This document shows, piece after piece, positions 16,916 through 23,708 of a stretch of 32,000 nt of DNA; the stretch's first letter is position 1; every line of letters begins with the position of its first letter. Below the pieces are notes generated by a model. That model was not told the origin of the DNA, made no database searches, and saw only the letters and a program-made list of their open reading frames with translations. This DNA is from Corynebacterium glutamicum ATCC 13032 (GTDB taxonomy: Bacteria > Actinomycetota > Actinomycetes > Mycobacteriales > Mycobacteriaceae): positions 2,070,001 to 2,102,000 of the forward strand of contig NC_003450.3 in NCBI RefSeq assembly GCF_000011325.1. Direction: 5' to 3'. The translations under genes and the position numbers were made by a program.

Positions 16916-17941
16916 TTAAGCGCTGGGCTGGGTGTCGGCGTCGAGAAGCAATTTGTCTTTGGCAAGGATGTCGCGGGCGTTGGTGACATCTCGGGCCATG
17001 GCGTCTAGTAGCTCGTCGACGCCGTTGAATTTGACCATGTCGCGCAAGTGTCCCACGAATTCCACCATGACATGGTGACCGTACAGGTCGGCTTCCTGGT
17101 CGAGGATGAATGCCTCGACGCTGCGTCGCTCATCGCCGAAGGTGGGATTGGTGCCCACGGAAATGGCAGTTTGGTAACGCACGCCTGGAACCATGGTGCC
17201 GTCGATATCGCGGGAGATTTCCTTGTCGATTTCGCGGTCATCGGTGATGGTGAACCAGCCTGCATACACGCCATCGGCGGGCAGCGCCACAGAGGTCGGC
17301 AGGTAGAGATTCGCGGTGGGATAGCCCAATTCTTTGCCGCCACGGCCAGCACCACGGACAACTTCGCCGCGCACGGCATAGCGTCGACCAAGCGCCCAGT
17401 TCGCGCGCTCAACCTCGCCCTGATCCAAGTAATCGCGCACCAAGGTGGAGCAAATACGCTGGTCATCATCATGCAGCAGCGGAGCAATCGTGACATTCAC
17501 GCCAAACTTTTGTCCCAATTCCCGCATCGTGGACTCAGTGCCAGCGCCATTGACACCGAAGGTGAAGTTCTCCCCCACCACAACTGAACGCGCATGCAGC
17601 GTATCCACGATCATGGTTGTGAAATACTCTTCAGCGCTCAGACCTGCGAGTTCTTTAGTGAAATCAATAACCAACGCAGCATCGACGCCACATTCCGCAG
17701 CCAAATTAAGGCGATAATCCAAAGGAGCCAAACGGGTTGGCTCTTTACCTGGCAAAAACACAGCGATCGGATGCGGGTCAAAGGTCACCATGACACAAGG
17801 CACACCCAGCTCCTCGGCCTGCTTCTTGGCCTCGCCGATTAAACTTTGATGCCCCCGGTGGAGCCCATCAAACACACCAATGGTGACTACTGATCCTTGA
17901 AGATCAGCCGGAACGCTGTCTAGTCCACTCCAAATATCCAC
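16916..17941 (-). CDS. ribF: Bifunctional riboflavin kinase / FMN adenylyltransferase
   Basis: 341-aa ORF. FAD synthetase motif GVFDGLHRGH and riboflavin kinase motif GYPTANL. GTG start at 17941 with no SD. A TAGTCT box lies 6 nt upstream. Confidence 0.93.
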   Translation of the reverse strand: MDIWSGLDSVPADLQGSVVTIGVFDGLHRGHQSLIGEAKKQAEELGVPCVMVTFDPHPIAVFLPGKEPTRLAPLDYRLNLAAECGVDAALVIDFTKELAGLSAEEYFTTMIVDTLHARSVVVGENFTFGVNGAGTESTMRELGQKFGVNVTIAPLLHDDDQRICSTLVRDYLDQGEVERANWALGRRYAVRGEVVRGAGRGGKELGYPTANLYLPTSVALPADGVYAGWFTITDDREIDKEISRDIDGTMVPGVRYQTAISVGTNPTFGDERRSVEAFILDQEADLYGHHVMVEFVGHLRDMVKFNGVDELLDAMARDVTNARDILAKDKLLLDADTQPSA

Positions 17942-17946
17942 TGTTT

Positions 17947-17964
17947 TAGACTACGGCATAGACT
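17947..17964. promoter_or_regulatory. Back-to-back -10-like boxes in the 31-bp ribF/truB divergent spacer
   Basis: The plus strand has TAGACT at 17947-17952 and at 17959-17964; the second is 8 nt before the truB ATG. The minus strand has TAGTCT at 17953..17948, 6 nt before the ribF GTG. All fit the TAnnnT pattern and neither gene has an SD, so both are predicted leaderless. Confidence 0.4.
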
Positions 17965-17972
17965 CAACAGAC

Positions 17973-18866
17973 ATGAATGCTCCTGCCCCTAAACCTGGAC
18001 TCGTGATCGTCGACAAGCCCGCCGGAATGACATCCCATGACGTGGTGTCCAAATTGCGCCGCGCATTTTCCACCCGCAAAGTAGGCCACGCAGGCACCCT
18101 CGACCCCATGGCAACCGGCGTGTTAGTCGTCGGAATTGAGCGCGGAACCCGCTTCCTGGCACACATGGTGGCCTCCACCAAAGCCTACGACGCCACCATT
18201 CGACTCGGCGCCGCCACCAGCACCGATGATGCAGAAGGCGAGGTTATCTCCACAACAGACGCATCCGGCCTCGACCACAGCACCATCCTTGCTGAAATCG
18301 TCAACCTCACCGGCGACATCATGCAAAAACCCACCAAAGTCTCCGCCATCAAAATCGACGGCAAACGCGCCCACGAACGCGTCCGCGACGGCGAAGAAGT
18401 AGACATTCCCGCACGTCCCGTCACCGTCAGCGTCTTTGACGTGCTCGACTACCACGTCGACGGTGAATTTTATGACTTAGATGTGCGCGTCCACTGCTCC
18501 TCCGGCACCTACATCCGCGCGCTCGCCCGCGACCTCGGCAACGCTTTGCAGGTCGGCGGCCACCTGACCGCGCTTAGGCGCACAGAGGTCGGCCCTTTTA
18601 CGCTTAACGACGCGACCCCCCTCTCCAAACTCCAAGAGAATCCAGAACTCTCCCTCAACCTCGACCAGGCACTCACCCGCAGTTACCCAGTCCTTGACAT
18701 CACCGAAGACGAAGGCGTTGACCTGTCCATGGGCAAATGGTTGGAACCTCGCGGACTGAAAGGCGTCCACGCTGCAGTAACACCATCAGGAAAAGCCGTG
18801 GCGCTCATCGAAGAAAAGGGCAAACGCCTGGCCACCGTGTTTGTTGCTCACCCCAACACTCTTTAG
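17973..18866 (+). CDS. truB: tRNA pseudouridine(55) synthase TruB
   Basis: 297-aa ORF with the catalytic motif GHAGTLDPMATGVL. It is the only member of the conserved nusA..pnp gene series on the plus strand. Confidence 0.94.
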   Translation: MNAPAPKPGLVIVDKPAGMTSHDVVSKLRRAFSTRKVGHAGTLDPMATGVLVVGIERGTRFLAHMVASTKAYDATIRLGAATSTDDAEGEVISTTDASGLDHSTILAEIVNLTGDIMQKPTKVSAIKIDGKRAHERVRDGEEVDIPARPVTVSVFDVLDYHVDGEFYDLDVRVHCSSGTYIRALARDLGNALQVGGHLTALRRTEVGPFTLNDATPLSKLQENPELSLNLDQALTRSYPVLDITEDEGVDLSMGKWLEPRGLKGVHAAVTPSGKAVALIEEKGKRLATVFVAHPNTL

Positions 18867-19063
18867 TTGGTCTGCCAGAAGCCGATTTAAGAGGTCGAAT
18901 TTCGCTAGATAGGTGTGAGTGTGGAAAGAGCGGTTTGGAGGGCTTAAACGCGATTCTGAGAGGGCACTATTTCAGGTGGGCTGTGGAAATAAACCAAAAC
19001 CAACTCCGCCAATCCAAGCCTTGGTTTCAAACGCACATTTCCAGACCAGCAAAGTGTCATTGC

Positions 19064-19100
19064 AGACCAAAGACGCCCCGAAAAAGGGGCCTCTTGGTCT
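19064..19100. terminator. Long imperfect hairpin in the truB/pptT convergent spacer (possible bidirectional, U-tract-poor terminator)
   Basis: AGACC-A-AAGA-C-GCCCC gaaaaa GGGGC-C-TCTT-GGTCT: a 5-bp GC core plus 9 further pairs, with one mismatch and one bulge. There is no flanking U-run on either strand. Confidence 0.4.
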
Positions 19101-19214
19101 AATATTCACGGTTGCTGTACGTGTTGAAAGCTAGAAGCGCTTCTTAAACGCCGTGCCGTGCGAGGCATCCACCAACCTGGCTTTCAGCTCACCCAGGTAT
19201 CCTCTCCATCCAGT

Positions 19215-19868
19215 TCAAGTCACTGCAGTCGCAGCTATGACATAACCATCACGCAGTACCCATTTACCTGAAATAAACGGCACTGGAGTTGGTCGAACCA
19301 GCAAATAGGACACAAAAGTGCCATCATCACGCAAGTCGATCTCAGCTTGTTCAAAACCAAGCCACCTATGCGTCAGCGGGAACCACGCTTTGTATGTTGC
19401 TTCCTTGGCACAAAACAGCAGGCGATCCGCGCAGTGCACACCTTGTTCCTCCAAGCGCTTAAGTTGAGGAATCTCCCCCACCCGAGCGATTGAACCCAAA
19501 ACATCCTTGGGCAACGGCTCCGCAGGTTCGGCATCCAATCCCATAGAACGCACCAACAATCGTGGCGCCACAACAGCAGCTCGGAATCCGTCAGTGTGGG
19601 TCAATGAACCAGACACCGAAGAAGGCCACAATGGCATTCCTCGTTCCCCACGCAAAATGGGATCACCGCTATCTCGTCCCAAAGCTTGGAGTGCCTGATG
19701 TGCACACCACCTGGCATCTCCAAACTCTGCTTTTCTAATATCAACCGAGTGCGCTACCAGTGCCTTTTCCAACGGATGCAACTGATGGAAATGGTCTAAA
19801 TTAACAGCATCGCCAGTTTTAATGAAAGAAAACTTTGCCGAATTTGGAAACAAAGACTCATCCAGCAT
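19215..19868 (-). CDS. pptT: Sfp-type 4'-phosphopantetheinyl transferase (PptT-like)
   Basis: 217-aa ORF with GLDAEP and FCAKEATYKAW motifs (PPTase motifs 2 and 3). Its position next to truB and downstream of a metallophosphoesterase matches mycobacterial Rv2794c. Confidence 0.88.
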   Translation of the reverse strand: MLDESLFPNSAKFSFIKTGDAVNLDHFHQLHPLEKALVAHSVDIRKAEFGDARWCAHQALQALGRDSGDPILRGERGMPLWPSSVSGSLTHTDGFRAAVVAPRLLVRSMGLDAEPAEPLPKDVLGSIARVGEIPQLKRLEEQGVHCADRLLFCAKEATYKAWFPLTHRWLGFEQAEIDLRDDGTFVSYLLVRPTPVPFISGKWVLRDGYVIAATAVT

Positions 19869-20664
19869 TGTCCACCTCCATCACTGGATATGGCCACACA
19901 TGCTGCCCAGACCAATGCTCCCATTCGCGCGGATAACCCAACGACACTTCAATGTGTTTCACACCGTTGACGTTGGTTATTCCGGGCATATGCAGATGAC
20001 CGTAAATAACGGCTTCCGCGTTGTAGCGTTCGGCCCATCCCCTGGTGTGGCGAGTACCGCACCACAATGCAAGTTCCTGCCAGCGCATCTGATAAGTCGG
20101 TTCCACCACCAGCGGCCAGTGGTTAATCAAAATTGTTGGCCCGTTGATCTTGCTCAAACGCTTAATGGAATAGGCTAAGCGATCCCAGCACCACGCTCGG
20201 ATATCAACAAAAGGCGCAATAGAAAACTCATCAGTCATCATCACTTGACGATCCCGCGCCGCTTGCACAGCCTGCTCCACGGTGAAACCAGGTCGACGGA
20301 ACGAGTAGTCATAGAGTGTAAACAACGGAACGATAGTAACCCCACCAAAGGTTAAGTAAGGGTCCTCCGGAGTCAACACATCAATCTTGCGGCAGCCTTC
20401 AACGAGTTCAGAGTACTTATCGCGCCCCTGATAGCGGTCCGCGGAGCGAGAAAACAACTCATGGTTACCCGGAACCCAGATCACCTTGGCAAAGCGCCTG
20501 CGCAAACGTGCCAAAATTTCCAGCACCAATTCGGTACGTTCCGCCACGTCACCTGCAACAATCAACCAGTCAGACGGATCCTTAGGCTGAATATTCTCAA
20601 TTGGATCAGCGTTAGCTTTCACCGCTGCATGGAGGTCAGAAACCGCCCACAGAGTTGTGGTCAC
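19858..20664 (-). CDS. pptH: Metallophosphoesterase, likely phosphopantetheinyl hydrolase (PptH-like, Rv2795c-type)
   Basis: 268-aa ORF with calcineurin-like motifs SDLH, AGDVAE, PGNHE and GHLH. GTG start with a GGAGGTGA SD. Its last 11 nt overlap the pptT start. Confidence 0.8.
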   Translation of the reverse strand: MTTTLWAVSDLHAAVKANADPIENIQPKDPSDWLIVAGDVAERTELVLEILARLRRRFAKVIWVPGNHELFSRSADRYQGRDKYSELVEGCRKIDVLTPEDPYLTFGGVTIVPLFTLYDYSFRRPGFTVEQAVQAARDRQVMMTDEFSIAPFVDIRAWCWDRLAYSIKRLSKINGPTILINHWPLVVEPTYQMRWQELALWCGTRHTRGWAERYNAEAVIYGHLHMPGITNVNGVKHIEVSLGYPREWEHWSGQHVWPYPVMEVDNAG

Positions 20665-20747
20665 CTGTCACCTCCACATAGTTGTTGCTAAAAGTCTTTG
20701 TCCATTATGCCTGCAGTCCAGCAAATGTGGTTTGCCACGCGCCGAAG

Positions 20748-22061
20748 CTAACGCGCCCACTTCATAGACTTAAACCGCCAAATCACCGCAAATAGTCGGA
20801 TCAGAATAAACGCCAGCAAACCACACCACACGCCTGTCAGCCCTGCATCTAATGCATAGGAAATCCAGACGCCTGGTAAGAATCCGACCACAACCGCCAA
20901 GATAGAGGCATTTCGGAGGAACACCGCGTCAGCAGCACCCAACAGCACACCATCAATAGCAAAGACAATGCCACCCAAAATGATCATCGCGACCATGATC
21001 CACCACGGGGAAGCAATCGCATCTAAAACGTCGGCGTCCTGAGTGAAAATACGCGGAATCCACGAGTGTAAGACCACGAACACCAAACCTAAGCCACCAG
21101 CGAAAATCAGAGAGTACTTAATCACCTGATTACCCACCCTGCGGGCGACCTTCGCAGTTCCAGCGCCCAGGGCTGCACCAGTTAAGGTCTGCGCCGCGAT
21201 AGCTAGAGAATCCAGCACCAATGTGATGAAATTCCACAGCTGAAGCAACACCTGGTGGGCCGCCAAGGATGCCGTGCCAAATCGTGCAGCCACAGCGGCC
21301 GCGGAAAGAAAAGCAACCTGGAACGACATTGACCGCATGATCAAATCACGTCCAAGAACCAACTGATTTTTCATCACCGTCCAGCTCGGCTTCCACGAAC
21401 CTTCGTGGTGCTTGATCAATGCACCCAAAAACAGCGAAGCAGTAATTGCTTCTGCAATGAGGTTTGCCCAGGCAGAGCCCACAAGTCCAAACTTAGCCAC
21501 GAATATCGGAATCAAGATCGCGCCGGGGATGACTCCCGCCAAGGTGAAATAGAGTGGCAGCTTGGTGTTTTGAATACCTCTTAACCAACCGTTGCCAGCC
21601 ATGATCATGAGAATTAGTGGCACCGCAAAAGCAGCGACCCGGAGCCAATGCCCTGCTTCTTGGGCTAGAGCTTCATCACCACTGAGCCACAACGCGAAAG
21701 TCGGGGCTCCAATGAGCATCAGCGTTAAGATGCCCAAGCCTACAAAGAGTGCCACCCAGGTTGCTTGCACACCTTCGGCAATTGCTCCCCGGCGATCACC
21801 CATTCCGAAAATTCTCGATGATCTCGCGGTAGTTCCATAGGACAAGAATGTCAGCTGTGTTGTCACTTGAGCTTGAATTGTTGTTGCTGCGCCCAACGCA
21901 GCCAATTCGAAGCCACCCAAAGTGCCAACAACCGCTGTATCCAACAAGAGATACAGCGGCATCGCAGCTAGAACACCCAGTGCGGGGAACGCGAGCCCGA
22001 AGATCTGCTTTGCAGAAACATCATGGGACTCATGCTCAAAGTCGTTGTTAGACATCGACAT
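20748..22061 (-). CDS. dinF: MATE-family efflux transporter (DinF-like)
   Basis: Polytopic membrane ORF of about 12 TM helices with MATE-like composition. The position after the DHH gene matches mycobacterial Rv2836c. I use the first ATG (MSMSNNDF...) at 22061. ATG 22055 and the track's TTG 22106 are alternatives. All three overlap the 3' end of the upstream gene. Confidence 0.85.
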   Translation of the reverse strand: MSMSNNDFEHESHDVSAKQIFGLAFPALGVLAAMPLYLLLDTAVVGTLGGFELAALGAATTIQAQVTTQLTFLSYGTTARSSRIFGMGDRRGAIAEGVQATWVALFVGLGILTLMLIGAPTFALWLSGDEALAQEAGHWLRVAAFAVPLILMIMAGNGWLRGIQNTKLPLYFTLAGVIPGAILIPIFVAKFGLVGSAWANLIAEAITASLFLGALIKHHEGSWKPSWTVMKNQLVLGRDLIMRSMSFQVAFLSAAAVAARFGTASLAAHQVLLQLWNFITLVLDSLAIAAQTLTGAALGAGTAKVARRVGNQVIKYSLIFAGGLGLVFVVLHSWIPRIFTQDADVLDAIASPWWIMVAMIILGGIVFAIDGVLLGAADAVFLRNASILAVVVGFLPGVWISYALDAGLTGVWCGLLAFILIRLFAVIWRFKSMKWAR

Positions 22062-23046
22062 GCGCCGAGCTTCGCAAAGACTCCCCCAAGGTAACGGTTG
22101 CTTCAATCAACGTATCGAGGGCTTCGATTTCCGTACCACGAGCGGTATAGCCTGCAGCAGGAATGTGTCCGCCACCGCCAAGATGCACTGCCAAGGAAGC
22201 GACACTCAAATTGGAGGAACGCAGTGACACGGTATAGACGCCACGTTCATATTCTTTGAATACTGCTCCGAAGTCTGCGCCTTCCACAGCGCGAACCATT
22301 TCGATCAAGCCTTCCACAACGGCGCGTGAACGGCCGTTGATGGTATCGAAGTCTGCCACGAGAACAGCAAGAGTATATGGCCCTGCTTCCCGCAGCTCGA
22401 TCCGAGAGACAATCTGGCCAACAAGACGCAAATCATCCACGGAGGTTTGATCAAGCAATGCTGATGAAATGGCACGAATGTCTAGACCGAACTCCATGAG
22501 TTCTTTAGCCATGTCATGCATGACTGGTCGACCCCACCTGAAGCACCCGGTATCGGTGAGCAGTCCAGCATAAAGGCCGTGGGCGATATCGGGAGTAATT
22601 TGCACCGACATCGCATCAAACCAGTCATATAAAATCGTGGTGGTGGATTCTGCCTCCACATCGATTAAGTTGACGGCACCAAACCCAGGATTGGTGGCGT
22701 GGTGATCAACCACCAATACTTTGTCAGGATTGTTGACGATGATGCTTTCAAACGCACCGGTGCGTTCGATTGACCCACAATCAACAACAATGATGAGGTC
22801 AGATTCCGGCAGTGAATCGCCAAACTTAATGTTTGATGCCCCAGGAATGGTGTACAAGTTCTCGGGCATCGAATCTAGCTGGCCGATTGCACCTACGGCG
22901 TCTTTACCAAGTTGCTGTAGTGCCGCCACTGTGGCAGCTACACTGCCGATTGCATCAGCATCGGGTCGCAGATGCCCCACAACGCTAACCGTGTGAGCTG
23001 CCTGGACTAATGCTGAAGCAGCATGAAACTGACTATTATCCGTCAC
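22048..23046 (-). CDS. nrnA: DHH/DHHA1 phosphoesterase (NrnA / CnpB-like nanoRNase, pAp phosphatase, c-di-AMP phosphodiesterase family)
   Basis: 332-aa ORF with motifs HLRPDADAIGS, IIVVDCG, VVDHHATN (DHH) and GGGGHIPAAG (DHHA1 GGGH). GTG start 5 nt after the rbfA stop. The position matches Rv2837c. Confidence 0.88.
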   Translation of the reverse strand: MTDNSQFHAASALVQAAHTVSVVGHLRPDADAIGSVAATVAALQQLGKDAVGAIGQLDSMPENLYTIPGASNIKFGDSLPESDLIIVVDCGSIERTGAFESIIVNNPDKVLVVDHHATNPGFGAVNLIDVEAESTTTILYDWFDAMSVQITPDIAHGLYAGLLTDTGCFRWGRPVMHDMAKELMEFGLDIRAISSALLDQTSVDDLRLVGQIVSRIELREAGPYTLAVLVADFDTINGRSRAVVEGLIEMVRAVEGADFGAVFKEYERGVYTVSLRSSNLSVASLAVHLGGGGHIPAAGYTARGTEIEALDTLIEATVTLGESLRSSAHVDV

Positions 23047-23051
23047 TGGTG

Positions 23052-23501
23052 TTATTCCTCAGATTCAGACTTGGATGAAGTCTTGTAAGGATCTGCATCA
23101 CCTGCAGGCGCTGCACCTTCGCGCAATTTAGCCAGCTCCTCATCGCGCTTGCGAGCACGATCCAACAAAGCTTCCATGTGTGCGGATGCCTCTGGGACGG
23201 TATCGATGCTGTAAGTCAGGGTCGGGGTAAACCGAACACCCAGCTGCTGGCCAACGATCTTCCTCAGCTGGCCGCGTGCTCGGTGAAGAGCCTCTGCTGC
23301 TGCCTCAAGATCTGGTTCTTCTTCAATGGAAGCTCCACGAACGGTGTAAAACACCTTTGCATCGTGCAGGTCACCGGTCATGGTCACATCAGTAATTGTG
23401 ACGAACTCAAGTCGGCGGTCCTTGATATCGCGTTCAATGGCGCTGGCCACGATAGTTTGAATGCGCTTTGCCATACGAGCCGCGCGGGCGTTGTCAGCCA
23501 T
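23052..23501 (-). CDS. rbfA: Ribosome-binding factor A
   Basis: 149-aa [57 protein letters not shown], which is the typical RbfA KH-like core. GAGGAG SD upstream. Confidence 0.93.
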   Translation of the reverse strand: MADNARAARMAKRIQTIVASAIERDIKDRRLEFVTITDVTMTGDLHDAKVFYTVRGASIEEEPDLEAAAEALHRARGQLRKIVGQQLGVRFTPTLTYSIDTVPEASAHMEALLDRARKRDEELAKLREGAAPAGDADPYKTSSKSESEE

Positions 23502-23547
23502 GGTGGACCACTCCTCATCTTCACAGAGTCGAAATAATTCTTTTGGA

Positions 23548-23553
23548 ATTCTA
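23548..23553 (-). promoter_or_regulatory. Putative internal promoter -10 box (TAGAAT) for rbfA and downstream genes
   Basis: The minus strand reads CAGGG-TAGAAT-TCC, 46 nt upstream of the rbfA ATG and downstream of the infB terminator hairpin. Confidence 0.35.
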
Positions 23554-23634
23554 CCCTGAATTGGAAAAATTTTAATAAGTTTATCTACCCTGCTATTCCT
23601 AGCTTAAAAGGTAGGAACAAAACAGGTGTGCAAA

Positions 23635-23665
23635 GGGGCTGGCCTTCCGTTGGAAAGCCAGCCCC
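23635..23665 (-). terminator. Hairpin terminator or attenuator after infB
   Basis: 14-position stem GGGGCTGGCCTTCC / GGAAAGCCAGCCCC with one mismatch and a 3-nt loop, 44 nt past the infB stop. UUUGCACACCUGUUUUG follows on the minus strand. Confidence 0.6.
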
Positions 23666-23708
23666 ACGTGCATGACCCCGGGCTAGTTATGCCCCGAGCC
23701 GGAAATGC

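Noticed and set aside
18867-19070. 9-bp inverted repeat TTGGTCTGC (18867-18875) / GCAGACCAA (19062-19070) bracketing about 200 bp, considered as MITE-like termini or recombination sites for the truB inversion.
   Set aside because: By rough estimate a 9-mer inverted match within about 350 bp has a chance probability of about 0.2. There are no target-site duplications or other element features, and the second copy is better explained as part of the 19064-19100 hairpin.
22062-22106. TTG-initiated 15-codon extension of dinF. The similar TTG extension of nusA at 28376..28390 is a related case.
   Set aside because: Downstream ATG (dinF) and SD-preceded GTG (nusA) starts give N-termini that match the expected family N-termini (for nusA, MNIDV...). 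The extensions lack ribosome-binding sites.
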